Below are positions 1 to 11,863 of a stretch of DNA of 64,000 nucleotides, in pieces. The position numbers were made by a program, and so were the translations under genes. The notes under the pieces were generated by a model that saw only the letters and a program-made list of their open reading frames with translations, made no database searches and was not told the origin of the DNA. The DNA comes from Octopus sinensis (lineage: Eukaryota). Numbering within the stretch: position 1 is the first letter of the stretch; the number at the start of each line of letters is the position of its first letter. Location: the NCBI RefSeq assembly GCF_006345805.1, contig NC_042999.1, positions 59,520,001 through 59,584,000 on the forward strand, written 5' to 3'.

Positions 1-8
1 CCAAGCCA

Positions 9-192
9 GGCGTAGGAGTGGCTGTGTGGTAAGCAGCATGCTTACCAACCACATGGTTCTGGGCTCAGTCCCACTGCGTGGCACCTTGGGCAAGTGTTTT
101 CTACTATAGCCTCGGGCCGACCAAAGTCTTGTGAGTGGATTTGGTAGACGGAAACTGAAAGAAGCCCGTCGTATATATGTATATATATATAT
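9..192 (+). mobile_element. SINE family A, 5' half (tRNA-derived head plus CORE-like segment), interrupted by a LINE
   Basis: A-box-like TGGCTGTGTGG, B-box-like GGCTCAGTCCC, TTGGGCAAGTG core, then (TA)n; matches about 20 other copies in the window. Confidence 0.85.
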
Positions 193-1970
193 GTTAGTTA
201 GTTAGTTATTTAGTTAGTTAATTTGGCTCAAAAGCAAATAGCAAGGCCATGTAGGGGGACATGGAGTTAAGTACAGGGTGGTGTTTATGTAAAGAGTTCA
301 GGCCACTTGAGGTCCAGGGAGGCTTTGAACAAAGCGGTCGTCGGCATCTTCACCATCTCGTCTGGCAGCTTGTTCCACGGATCCGCAACCCGGACGGAGA
401 AAGCTCCTCTCCTTCGATTAAGATGAAATCGTCGCAGGTAGAGCTTTTCGGAATGACCCCGCAGCCGACGCTCTGGAGCAGGAGTGAAGAACAGCTCTTT
501 CGAGAGGTTACACTTTCCGCTTATGATGTTGTGGGCGAGAATGAGATCACCACGGCGGCGGCGTTTTTCAAGAGAATAAAGGTCGAGCGTCCTCAGCCTT
601 TCTTCGTAGGACAAATTTTTGAGACCATGAACCATGCGGGTAGCCAGCTTCTGGACTCTTTCGAGATGATGTATGTCTTTGAGGAGATAAAGAGAAGAGG
701 CTTGAATCCCATACTCCAATATGGGTCTCACCAGCGTGACATAGAGTGGTAGGAATATGGCTGCCGTGAGCATTCCGAATGACCGTCGAATCAAGAACAG
801 AATTCCTTTACCTGATCGGTCCTCTCCAGCAGCAGACGACCCGGCTCGAAATCAAGTTGAGTTGCAGGAGTAGAGCCGACAGGCAGATGACAGCACTTTG
901 ACACGTTCAGACACAGGTCCCAATCGTTAGACCACTTCCAAATTTGGTGGAGGCATCGACGAAGATCCTCTATATTACCGCGAGGAGCGACCAGTTTGAT
1001 ATCGTCGGCAAATAGAAGGGTGTGTTGCGTGAGGTCGTCGGGCAAGTCATTTATGAAGACTAAGAACAACAAGGGCCCAAGCACTGAACCTTGAGGCACG
1101 CCACTGCTCGCACTGGAGACGTCGGACCGCGAACCATTAACTTGGACTTGGAAGGAGCGATCTGAGAGGAAGGCACCAACCCATCGTACAATATCCGGAT
1201 GGAAACTATATGCTTGAAGCTTGACAAGTAATAGGCGGTGGTTTACCGAGTCAAAAGCTTTGGCAAAGTCCAATAAAACGATGTCAATAGCATCACTATC
1301 ATCGAGGATACCCGTCACCAATTCTTCCATTACTAGTAAGTTGGTCAAGCATGATCTCTTCGGCACGAAGCCGTGTTGGGAATCAGAGATAGAGGCTGTG
1401 TTTAGGAGGTGGAGCATCATACTTTTCTTAAGGATGGTTTCGAACATCTTGCTGATTATTGATGTAAGGGAAACCGGTCGGTAGTTAAGCGGGTCTTCGC
1501 GGCTCCCAATCTTGAAAATTGGGCAGATTATCGCTGTTCTCCAGTCTGCAGGTATAACACCCGTCGCTAATGACATATTGAATAGTCGTGTTAAGGGCTC
1601 GCAGATGACCGGAGCCAACGCTTTGATAACCCGTGGGTGTATGCCGTCAGGGCCGTGACCCTTGTTGACATCGAGGCCTTGAATAACACGTTTGACTTCG
1701 TCCCGCGTGATGACCAATCGAAGCATTGGAGGTACCGATCTATCAAATGGAGGGGGTTCACGACCATCATCTTGTTTGAAAATAGTTGAAAAAGCCTAGG
1801 CAAATAATTGACTCTGTTGATAAGGGTCCTCAATCGATACACCTGTTGAGTCTACCAACGTTGCAATCTGGTTGTTCAAGCGGGAATTCCGCTGGACATG
1901 GGCAAAGAAGGTTTTTGTATTCATAACTGAAGCGTTCTTTCTTTTCAATTTTCACGGCTCGGTCTCGTTG
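193..1970 (-). mobile_element. 5'-truncated CR1-clade LINE; ORF2 reverse transcriptase pseudogene with (TAAC)n 3' tail
   Basis: Minus-strand motifs GPDGIHPRV, NYRPVSLTS, QHGF...RSCLTNL, LDFAKAFDSV, GVPQGSVLGPLLF, LFADD, LVRPILEY, YEERL..L.LYSLEKRR.RGDLI. Stop at 285-287, tail 193-220, premature TAG at 1796-1798, frameshift/deletion near 795-805; reading continues to about 1970 (TFFAHVQRN...). Confidence 0.95.
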
Positions 1971-2248
1971 TGTGTGTGTGTATGTGTGTGTGTGAGTGTG
2001 TATGTGTGTGTGTGAGTGTGTATGTTTGTGTGTCTGTGTTTGTCCCCCCCCCCCACATCGCTTGACGACCGATGCTGGTGTGATTATATCCCCATAACTT
2101 AGCGGTTCGGCAAACGAGATCGATAGAATAAGTACTAGGCTTACAAAAAATAAGTCCTGTGGTCGACTTTCTCGACTAAAGGCGTTGCTCCAGCATGGCC
2201 ACAATCAAATGACTGAAACAAATAAAAAGTAAAAGAGTAAAGAGTAGT
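1971..2248 (+). mobile_element. SINE family A, 3' half (continuation of 9-192)
   Basis: (GT)n then TGTCCCCC..CATCGCTTGAC..GATGCTGGTG..AGCGGTTCGGC..CTCCAGCATGGCC..GACTGAAACA and TAAAAGAG tail. Confidence 0.85.
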
Positions 2249-2400
2249 ATACCTAATATATTATTTACACTCGGGCTCCGTCATTAAAAAAGATGAGCTT
2301 ATCGGAACAAGAATACACATTTTATTCCTCTTATAGATAGAATCATTATGGTAGTGATTATTAAGGTCTACTTTGTATACTTTAATATTTGTATTAAACA

Positions 2401-2612
2401 AGGCGGTGAGCTGGCAGAATCATTAGAACGCCAGAAAAAAATGTTTAGCGGCATTTCATCCGTCTTTACGTTCTGAGTTCAAATTCCGCTGAGGTCGACT
2501 TTGGCGTTCGAGGTCCATAAAATAGGTACCAGTTGAACACTGCGGTTGACGTAATCGATTTAATACCCCACCCTGAAATGCTGGCCTCGTGCCAAACTTA
2601 TACGCCAATATT
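2401..2612 (+). mobile_element. SINE family B (tRNA head, Nin/Deu-like core)
   Basis: GGCGGTGAGCTGGCAGAA head, GAGTTCAAATTCC B box, GTACCAGTT..ACTG; many copies in the window. Confidence 0.8.
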
Positions 2613-2861
2613 TGCATTTAAAACCATGCAAATCACAAACTACATAGTCAAGGGCCAATCACCTGCACGGCCACGTATATCTTGGTTGTTGTAAACTAAA
2701 CAACATTGCGATCAGGTTCCATCTAGTTTTCTGTACAGGTGTAATTTGCTTCACTCACCAGCATCTTAGTGAATACAGTTCTATATTTAAGAGATGAGGA
2801 ATTATGTACATTATTTACATTATTTACATTCGACGGATATTTGTCCTCATCTTGTTTGTTG

Positions 2862-2909
2862 TTAACACAACGTTTTGGCTGATATACCCTCCAACCTTCA
2901 TCAGGTGTC
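2862..2909 (-). ncRNA. Minimal type I hammerhead ribozyme copy with G12A core mutation (probably inactive)
   Basis: Minus strand AGACAC-CTGATGA-A-GGTTG-loop-CAGCC-AAAA-C-GTT-GTGTT. Confidence 0.6.
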
Positions 2910-3014
2910 TTGGGAAAATTTCGAACCTGAGTTTTCATTCCTAAGGTATTTTATTTTTAATAATATCATCAAAAAATACCTTAGGAATGAGAACCCAGGT
3001 TTGAAATTTCCCCA

Positions 3015-3062
3015 TGACACCTGAAGAAGGCTGGAGAGTATATCAGCCGAAACGTTGTGTTA
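3015..3062 (+). ncRNA. Minimal type I hammerhead ribozyme (GUU site, dimer-type ACGU helix III)
   Basis: TGACAC(3015-20) CTGAAGA(3021-27) A GGCTG-GAGAGTATAT-CAGCC GAAA(3049-52) C GTT(3054-56) GTGTTA(3057-62). Helix I 6 bp with one G-U, helix II 5 bp. Confidence 0.8.
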
Positions 3063-3270
3063 ACTTCAAAAATCAATAAATGATTCATACTTCATCGCTG
3101 GCCATTGCTTTGATATTAAGAAGAAATGAGATCGTTACTCTTCAGTTTGATTTTAGATTCAAAATGCATATCCTGAATGTTGATTTATTAATACGCTCCT
3201 TGTACTCCTAAAAGTTCTACACCGTTTTACCCATTTTAAAAATTAAGATTACGTACATTCACAAATTCAC

Positions 3271-3679
3271 ATTCTTTTACTTGATTCAGTCATTTTACTG
3301 TGGCCATGCTGGATCACCGCCTTTAGTCGAGCAAATCGACCCCAGGACTTATTCTTTGTAAGCCTAGTACTTATTCTATCGATTTCTTTTGCCGAACCAC
3401 TAAGTTACGGGGGCGTAAACACACCAGCATCGGCTGTCAAGCGATGTTGGGGGAGGGTGAACAAACACAGACACACAAACATATACACACACATGCATAT
3501 ATATACATATATATACGACGGGCTTCTTCCAGTTTCCGTCTACCAAATCCACTCATAAGGCTTTGTTCGGCGCGAGGCTATAGTAGAGGACACTTGCCGA
3601 AGGTGCCACGCAGTGGGACTGAACCCAGAACCATGTGGCTGGTAAGCAAGCTACTTACTACACAGCCACTCCTACGCCT
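3271..3679 (-). mobile_element. SINE family A, full length
   Basis: Reverse complement of head, internal microsatellite and body. Confidence 0.85.
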
Positions 3680-4194
3680 TAAGTTCAGGTATTTCATTGC
3701 AGATTGTTATTCCGTGACCCAAGTTATTTCCTCAAAAAACAAAAAAAAAAGAAAGAAAGAAGGAGAAAACTCTCAATCACGGTTGCACTCGATATAAATT
3801 TCATGGAGGAAAATAATTGTTTATAAATTATACGATAAATAATTGTATCAAATTTAGACACAAGGTTAGCAATTTATCAACGCCATGCTAGCATCAAGTC
3901 ACTTGATCGAACAAGAAAGATAAGTTTGCAGAAGTTGGAGACAAGAATGGAATTGGTACCTAGCACATGCGAAAGAGAGAAAACACACAAAACAAACACT
4001 TCATTATTACTTGTAGAAGTTGAGGTGTTAGTCAGTTATATCAACCCCAGTACTTTAATCTATTCTAAAAGAAAGAAATGCTAATTTGGCCTCGACAGGA
4101 TTTGAACTCAAAATGTAAGGATTCGAAACATGCTTTTTTTCCTGCGTCGATTCTATCAATATACCACTCAAATACGGAGGATAACTGAATTAAA

Positions 4195-4378
4195 GGCACA
4201 CGGCCTGACATTTTGCGGGAGGGGACTAGTCGATTACATCACTCCAGTGTTTCACTGGTACTTAATTCATCGATCTTGAAAGGATGAACGGCAAAGTCGG
4301 CCTCGGTGGAATTTGAACTCAAAGTAAAGACGTACAAACTGCCGCGAAGCATTTTGCTCTTCGCAGCACACCGCCTTT
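4195..4378 (-). mobile_element. SINE family B
   Basis: GGAATTTGAACTC B box (rc), AAAGGATGAA.GGCAAAGTCG core. Confidence 0.7.
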
Positions 4379-4796
4379 CCACGGAGAATAACAATAATAC
4401 AAATCGCTCATTACTTTGTGAAATTAACAGCTGTGATTTCAGTGATGGAAACCAGTGTTACCAGAACAGTAAAATTGATGCAAACCCGGTCGTGATGTAG
4501 TCTAGATTGTGACAGCAGGGTGTATACGTTCATGCACGAGATGAACACCGACTATGAAACAGGTGACTTCTCTTATATTGTTTAAAAATATATTACAGTT
4601 CACAAAGTACACCTTAACAGAAGATAGCCCCAAGAACACTGATGTTATCTGTGTCAAAGGAGTAAAATAGATGTTCTAAATCCGACGAGTTGTATTCACG
4701 GTTCGTAAATCGTCTTGTATTTGCTTTGCAGACGTTATCGGACAGTGATCTTACGCCGCCATTTTGGATTTGTTTTAAGCTCATAGTAGCCAATTC

Positions 4797-4831
<35 letters not shown>

Positions 4832-5202
4832 TCTTTTTTAATGTAGACGGGAGGATTCCAGACACGTTTTGCCGAAGGCTTTGCTTTGTCGAGATAAGAT
4901 CGCAGTCAGTGTGTCAGCTGTACGGAAATGATTATAAACTTCTTTATTGTAGTTGATATTCGCCCAAATTTAGTTTACAGTTTCGACAAACTACCAAAAC
5001 TGGATGAGTGGTTTCTCCATTAGTTGATATCCAATTCGGGGAATTCGTCTTTATTATCTAACCAGTTTAATCTTTATCAATTAACGCACATGTCGTTTTT
5101 GGCAATCCCTCAGTCTGGACACATTATTACTGGGGATGTTTTCATATATGAACTAAAGTACAGTTGTATTATTATTATCATCATCATCATCATCATTATT
5201 AT

Positions 5203-5398
5203 TAAGGCAGAATCGTTAGCACGCCGGGCGAAATGCTAAGCAGCCTTTCTTACGTTCTGAGTTCAAATTCTGCCCTGGTCGACCTTGTCTTTTATCTTTT
5301 CGGGGTCAATAAAATAGGTACAAGTCAAACATTAGGGCCAATGTAATCGACTAACATCCTCTTCCAAATTTCAGGCCTTTTGCCTTTAGTAGAAAGTA
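5203..5398 (+). mobile_element. SINE family B
   Basis: CGTTAGCACGCCGGGCGAAATGCT, GAGTTCAAATTC, TTTCGGGGTC.ATAAAAT. Confidence 0.8.
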
Positions 5399-5679
5399 TT
5401 ATTATTAGGCATTCGTTCGTGATATGGGAATGGTTAATCCACGCTATTGTAGATGCCACACGCCAGAGACACTTGTTCATTCCTAAGGTTGACCCTCCAG
5501 TTTGTGGCCAAAGTTTGGTCTTGTGTTGCCAGTATAGTGCTTTCGGTCTCTTTTTTAGTGTTCCTTTCATCAGCCATTCCCACCAATTCTCGCTCTGTGA
5601 TGAAGGACCTTAACCGAAATGTTAACTAATTCACTCTCTCGCTCCCTCTCCCTCTCGCGCTTGATAGCTCGATTTTTCT

Positions 5680-5720
5680 CACTCTCTGATGAAAGACAAT
5701 AACCGAAACGTGATAGAGTG
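5680..5720 (+). ncRNA. Degenerate minimal hammerhead motif
   Basis: CACTCT-CTGATGA-AAGACAATAACC-GAAAC-GTGAT-AGAGTG. Helix I pairs 6/6; helix II and cleavage triplet are imperfect. Confidence 0.45.
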
Positions 5721-6035
5721 TTGTCAACTTAATGTAGCAGTCCCATAAAAGGGAAGAATGCTACTGTTATTTAGCCCTAGGAAACACTGTTTCCTTTTCG
5801 ACTTGACACATTTCCTGTGTCCTTAAGTTTTCCTTATGTATCCTTGTTTCCCTTTCATGGGATTGTCACATTAAGTTGACATGCTATCACTTTATCGTGC
5901 TGTTACTGCATAAATCTCTCTGAGAGATTTAAAAATAATAATATTTCTATTTTCAAAAATCAGTGAATGTATTTCACTTGAAATATATATGTCTTCAAAG
6001 GCGGATAGGCATCGACAGCTAGCAAGCCATGCTAC

Positions 6036-6078
6036 TCCAGACTGATGATGAGCAATGACTCTGAAACTAGTCTCTGGA
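6036..6078 (+). ncRNA. Minimal type I hammerhead ribozyme (GUC site, palindromic ACUAGU helix III)
   Basis: TCCAGA(6036-41) CTGATGA(6042-48) T-GAG-CAATGA-CTC-T GAAA(6063-66) C-TA-GTC(6070-72) TCTGGA(6073-78); helix I is a perfect 6 bp. Confidence 0.8.
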
Positions 6079-7364
6079 TGCTGGTTTGGCCGGATGGAGG
6101 TTCTTGTCTCCACTTTGAAAACATAAGGACACAGGAAATGTGTCAAGTCCAACAGGAAACGGTGCTTCCTAGGGCTAAATAACAGTAGCATTCTTCCCTT
6201 TTATGGGACTGTCACATTAAGTTGACAACATGCTATCATTTTATCATGCTGCTACTGCATAAGTCTCTCTGAGAGATTTAGAAATATATTATTTCTAATA
6301 ACCGAAACGTTAACTCATTCACTCACTCTCTCGCTCTCTGTCTCTCCCTCTATTTCTCTCGCACTTTCTCGCTCGACTTCCTCACTCTCTGACGAAGGGC
6401 AATAACTGAAATGTTAACTGATTCACTTTTCACGAATACTTAGCATATCAAATTCTTCTACAAGTCTCTGATAATGGTATATTCACATCAACAGCGATCG
6501 TCACTTATTTCCAATGACAACAAAGTTTATCTAATCAACACAGTCCCATAATATCAACGTCTATATTTGCATATACATATGAAAATGCAAGAAGGACTAG
6601 AAATACTCTGGTATGCTTGTTGGCACGCTATAAAAGCACTTATAGAAGTGAAAATAGCTTCACATATATTTTCTACTAACTTTTCGATATCTTTCAGTAG
6701 AAAAGTCTCGAAAATAGACCATCTAATATAAAACCCGTAACTGAAATATCTTCCAGTCATCACACATTTACTTCTCGCTGGAAATCTAGCCATGGATATT
6801 CAAAGAGTGGTATACATGTCGTACAAGCCTATGTTACAATAATTTTGCATGTTACTATAATCTTATGTTACGTTAATGAGGCGGCTGTCATCTAACAATG
6901 CCATTATGTTTATATTTTGCAAGAGTTAAAACATATAACTACAGATACAATATTTGGATACGTCGTCAGTGTTGTATCCTGAGGTTACTGCCATCTGAAC
7001 AACGAGAAGAATAGAGAACTGTGAGTCGTAATGGAGAGAAACATCAGCTGCCGTTGCTTTGAGTACATCTCTGCTTTGTACTATAAACATTTAAATACGT
7101 GTGCGTGGTGCGCCTGTGTATGTGTGTGTGTGAGAGAGAAAGAGAAAGCGATAGAGAGAGAGAGAGAGAGAGAGAGAAAGGGGGAAGGAGAGTATTGTGG
7201 ATGTAGATGTTTGTGTGTTCGTATGTTGTGTATATACGTGTGGAGCATTGGGGATGGACTAAAACCATACGGACAGACATATTAATGGAGAAGTACTTTA
7301 ACAGAAACGTTGATATAACTTTAGCAAAATCTTTTAACCAATCAAACTATTACCATTTACTCTG

Positions 7365-7402
<38 letters not shown>

Positions 7403-8144
7403 ACGCACGCATGCACAATACAAACACACACACAGTACACTTCCCTGTAACAATATCAGAATCTCAAAAGTTGTGAAGTAGCTAATGAGTCTACAGGTAG
7501 GAGCTTTAAATCGTAAAATTGCCAGCCAAATCTACCAAGACCTACACACTACCATCTTACAGTGAGAAGAATGCATTTGAAGACCCTAGGTACACTATAT
7601 AGATACACTACAGTAGTTCTAAATACATGATATCTCAAACAAATAGTGTAAAGTATTTCAAAAAGGCTAAATTTTCTTTGAGTACCTAGGTCATCTTGAA
7701 TAAGAACTGCCCTGGGGAACGATCGACATCGGCAACAAAACGTGTATCTTATGTTAGGGACGTCTTTAATTACACAGATTATATGGATCAAAGCTGACAA
7801 CGACGAATTTAGAAAACGCTCGTACATTCATACGCACAGAGCTATAATTGCTCACACATACATACGTAGACCCACATACACAAAATCTTTTCCATTAATG
7901 GTCTGCTTGCTCACAACTAATTCGAACGAGTATCTCCTCGATCGGATAGACATAACTGTGCCTGGCCGTTTAATTTAACCAAACGGATCACCTTGGTATC
8001 ATTCACAGAAAATGATCAGTATCCAAGAGTGGTCAAAAAAGCGATAAAAATTACTCTTTCGTTAGGCTGTATGCAAAAAACCAATTCAGTATGTCAAAGC
8101 TTATGAGTCATATCCATGCTTGTATGTAAATGAACAAATTTCAC

Positions 8145-8148
8145 TATA

Positions 8149-8221
<73 letters not shown>

Positions 8222-8250
8222 CATACATATATATATATATACATATATAT
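8145..8250. repeat. (TA)n microsatellite
   Basis: Direct reading. Confidence 0.95.
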
Positions 8251-9049
8251 ACCATGTGCTTTTAAATACTGTAAATTCCCAATCCTGCTATACACATCAT
8301 TATAGCGATAGATATAATAGCGTTTCATTATAACTCTATTTCTGTATTGTTTTTTTTGCTCTGCTCTAGACAATAGACGCCATTTCCACCCTAAAGCTAT
8401 ATAGCTGCATACATTTGACTAAATGGGACGTGGGACATTCCGAATCATCCAGTACATTTGCCGAAAACAACACCAAATTTACTATAATAACAACATTCTC
8501 ATACCGTTATTATAACAATTATCAATTAGATTCCTTACATCCAAATATATCGTCTCCTAACACATTGATCAATTTTGATGTCTTTCGTTTTGATACATAA
8601 TTTCGTCTCTCGAGGTAAACCATATTTTTTTTTCTCCTTTTTACTGTTTCCATTCGTTTACAAAACAGATTTTTCAAACAATATCCACATTTCCATTTCG
8701 AACGAGTAATATTTTTCTAATTAATGTATCATTTCTTTCCATTTATATAAATATTTCCTTCAACTTTCAAAACAGAACCTTATGAAAAAATAGGTCGTGT
8801 CTTTGAATTCAATATGGTAAACCAGACATTAGGAACCATTTTAGCATTCGTATTTCGATTACAAACTATTCATCACTCAAGTCATTTGTAATTAATAGCA
8901 ATTTTTTTCGTACACGCGCATGCATATATATTTACACGAACATATGTAAATGTATATTTGGGGAGAGGTAAATAGGTAGATGAATAGATAGATTGGTAGA
9001 TGTGTCTGTTGGCGTGTGTACGTGAGTATGTATATATGCATATTTGTGT

Positions 9050-9083
9050 ACGTGCGCTATATATTTCTATGTATATAACATAT

Positions 9084-9115
<32 letters not shown>

Positions 9116-9230
9116 CATACATATATGTATATATATCTATATATATACATATATATATACATGTATACATATATATATGTATACATGAAAAACATACACA
9201 TATATACATACATATATTTATATATATATG

Positions 9231-9278
<48 letters not shown>

Positions 9279-9476
9279 ATATATATATTCATACATATCT
9301 AAACTGTTTGTGTCACTGAATCAATCACATATTTATATATCGATCTCTCTATCTTTATATGCGTGAGTCTGTATGCTTACGTACATCTCCATGTGTGCAC
9401 ACAGCAAAATATATACGCATGCACACATATAAAGAAACACACACAGATACACTTACACGCACATAATCACACACTG

Positions 9477-9523
<47 letters not shown>

Positions 9524-9920
9524 TATATAGGCACATTCCAGCGATGGATATTTATATCTTTGTTAGAACCAACTTCTTCATCACATGAAGGTTTCAAATA
9601 ATTGAAAACAGAAGAATACATACATACATACATGCATACATACATACATACATGCGTACATACATACATACGTACATACATACATACATACATACATACG
9701 TACATACATAAATACGTACATACATACATGCATATATACATACATACGTACGTACGTACATACATATATACATACATACATACATAAAAACATCCATCCA
9801 TACATACATATATAATACATCCTTACATATTACATAATACATACATGCATGCATACATACACATATACATACATACATATACATACATCCATACAGACAT
9901 ACATCCATACAGACATACAC
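9050..9920. repeat. Compound (TA)n/(CA)n/(TACA)n microsatellite block
   Basis: Direct reading. Confidence 0.95.
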
Positions 9921-10080
9921 ATTTGATTTACTTTCATCCATGTATGTGCGTGAAATGTGAATTTTCATCCCCACAAGGCTTCATAAAATAAAAACGGATC
10001 AAGAAATGAAATGTTCGTGAAATATCTGTGGGTCACTGGATTTAAGTGACCAAAGCTTGCACAATACATTTGGCACTCTA

Positions 10081-10718
10081 AGGCGGCGAGCTGGCAGAAA
10101 TGTTAGCACGCCAGGCGAAATGCTTAGCGGTATTTCATCTGTCTTTACGTACTGAGTTCAAATTCTGCAGCGGTCGACTTTGTGTTTCATCCTTTCAGGG
10201 TCGATAAATTATGTACCAGTTGCGTACTGAGGTCGATCAAATCGACTGGCCCCTCCCCCCAAATTTCGGACCTTGTATCTAGAGTAGAAAAGAATATTAT
10301 AAAGGCGGCTAGCTGGCAGAAAAGTTAGTACGCCGTGTGAAATTCTGAGTTTAAATTCCGCCAAGGTCGACATTGCCTCTTATGCTTTCGGGGTCGATAA
10401 GTTAAGTGCAAGTGCGTACTGGTGTCGATCTGATCGACTTGACCCCTTTCCCAAAATTTCGGGCCTTGAGCCTTGAATAGAAAAGAATATATATATATTC
10501 CAAAAAGCGGCGAGCTGGTAGAAACGTTAGCACCCCGGGTGTAATGCTTAGCGGTTTTTCATGTCTTTACGTTCTGAGTCTAAATTCCGCCGAGGTCGAC
10601 TTTGCCTTTCATTCTTTTGGGGTTAATAAATTAACTACCAGTTACGTACTGGTGTCGATCTAAACGACTGGCCGCCTCCCCAAAAATTTCGGGCCTTGTG
10701 CCTAGAGTAGAAAAGAAT
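10081..10718 (+). mobile_element. Three head-to-tail SINE family B copies
   Basis: Heads GGCGGCGAGCTGG at about 10081, 10303 and 10505; each ends near CCTAGAGTAGAAAAGAATAT. Confidence 0.85.
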
Positions 10719-10944
10719 ATATTTGCCACTCTCTTGGTCATTATAGACGGTTTCAGGGACGAGCATTACAAAATGACTGGTAGTAGTTTGACCGCAAGTC
10801 TTATGTGTGTATAAACGTTGTCATTTTCATCTTTTAAATGTTATGCATACACTAATTGTTATTAATTAATGTCATTAAGGATGACTTTAATGACTTGTTC
10901 CTTGTCTCTCAAATCACATCCACTAAAGCGTTGAAAACAGGAAA

Positions 10945-10978
<34 letters not shown>

Positions 10979-11089
10979 GCTATCTATCTATCTCTCTATC
11001 TTTCTTTATTTCTTTTTTTCTGCCTGTGTCTGTCTGTCTATCATCTGTTTGTTTTTCTGCCTATCTATATTTATCCATCCTTGTATATG

Positions 11090-11500
11090 TCTGGCGCGAT
11101 GAGGTGTTACAGCTGATGGAGAATTACAACTTTGACAACATCTTCATCGAAGTAATCGAAGCACTGTATGAAAACTGAAACATCGAAGAATTCTTCCGGA
11201 CAGCTGTGGGATGTTCGATAAGGATGTTTTCTCTTTCCAGTACTCTTCAATGTCTTCTAGGAAAACATCATTCAAGGGATACTCCAAAACTGTCATACCT
11301 CCGTTTCCATTGGAAGACAACTCGTTTTCCAATCTGGGGTATACGAGACGGAGTTCAGCTCAGAAAAGTGCAAGGTCCTGGCTAACAGTAACAATAAAAT
11401 GCAGCAAACAACACCATGCTGAGTGGAGAGGGACTTGAGGAAATGAATACCTTCAAGTACCTAGCATTCATTTTGACGGTGAGTGGTAGATCTCTGATTG
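11090..11500 (+). mobile_element. RTE-clade LINE reverse transcriptase fragment, degenerate
   Basis: LQLMENYNFDNIFIEVIEALYEN..IEEFFRTAVG / VR*GCFLFPVLFNVF*ENIIQGIL..TSVSIG / EFSSEKCKVL..LEEMNTFKYLA, with stops and frameshifts. Confidence 0.8.
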
Positions 11501-11863
11501 TATCTTAATTCCATCTTTAAACCCCTCAAATGTAATATTCTTCCCTGAAGTTAGAGGTGGGTGGTTTCCGATGATGGAATCAAGTTACAAGCATTACTTG
11601 GGATCATTAAGACCCCAAAAACAGCTTTTGTACTCGTAAAATTCTCACACAACTGCATTAATTCCTGCTATCATTTCCATTCAGCCTAAGTCGGACATAT
11701 TTTTTTACATTTGTACACTTTTTGTATTAAATGTATTTAAAATTTTTGTGCACCGATTTGACTAACTTGCTTATCCTTACATTTTGTCCTCTACTTGCTC
11801 AAGTTTAAATCTCTAGAGCACTACGAAGTGTATTCTCTACAGAGAATACCTGTCTCTACGAAC

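Larger units (their letters stand above)
2775..3064. mobile_element. Penelope-like pseudo-LTR fragments in divergent inverted arrangement
   Basis: 92-bp arms 2861-2952 and 2973-3064 are inverted copies (9 mismatches by hand), each carrying a hammerhead motif. Confidence 0.7.
5529..6430. mobile_element. Rearranged Penelope-like/retrozyme-like element with several hammerhead motifs
   Basis: Direct terminal repeats near 5590-5715 and 6298-6425; inverted segments near 5720-5830 and 6118-6228; direct repeats near 5857-5945 and 6203-6295; hammerhead motifs at 5597, 5686, 6042, 6389 (+) and 5566 (-). Confidence 0.6.

Noticed and set aside
261-752. 163-aa plus-strand ORF
   Set aside because: Antisense shadow of the CR1 ORF2
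4428-4748. Possible selenoprotein-like spliced frame with in-frame TGA (QTRS*CSLDC..)
   Set aside because: No known Sec motif or SECIS recognised, and the acceptor is weak
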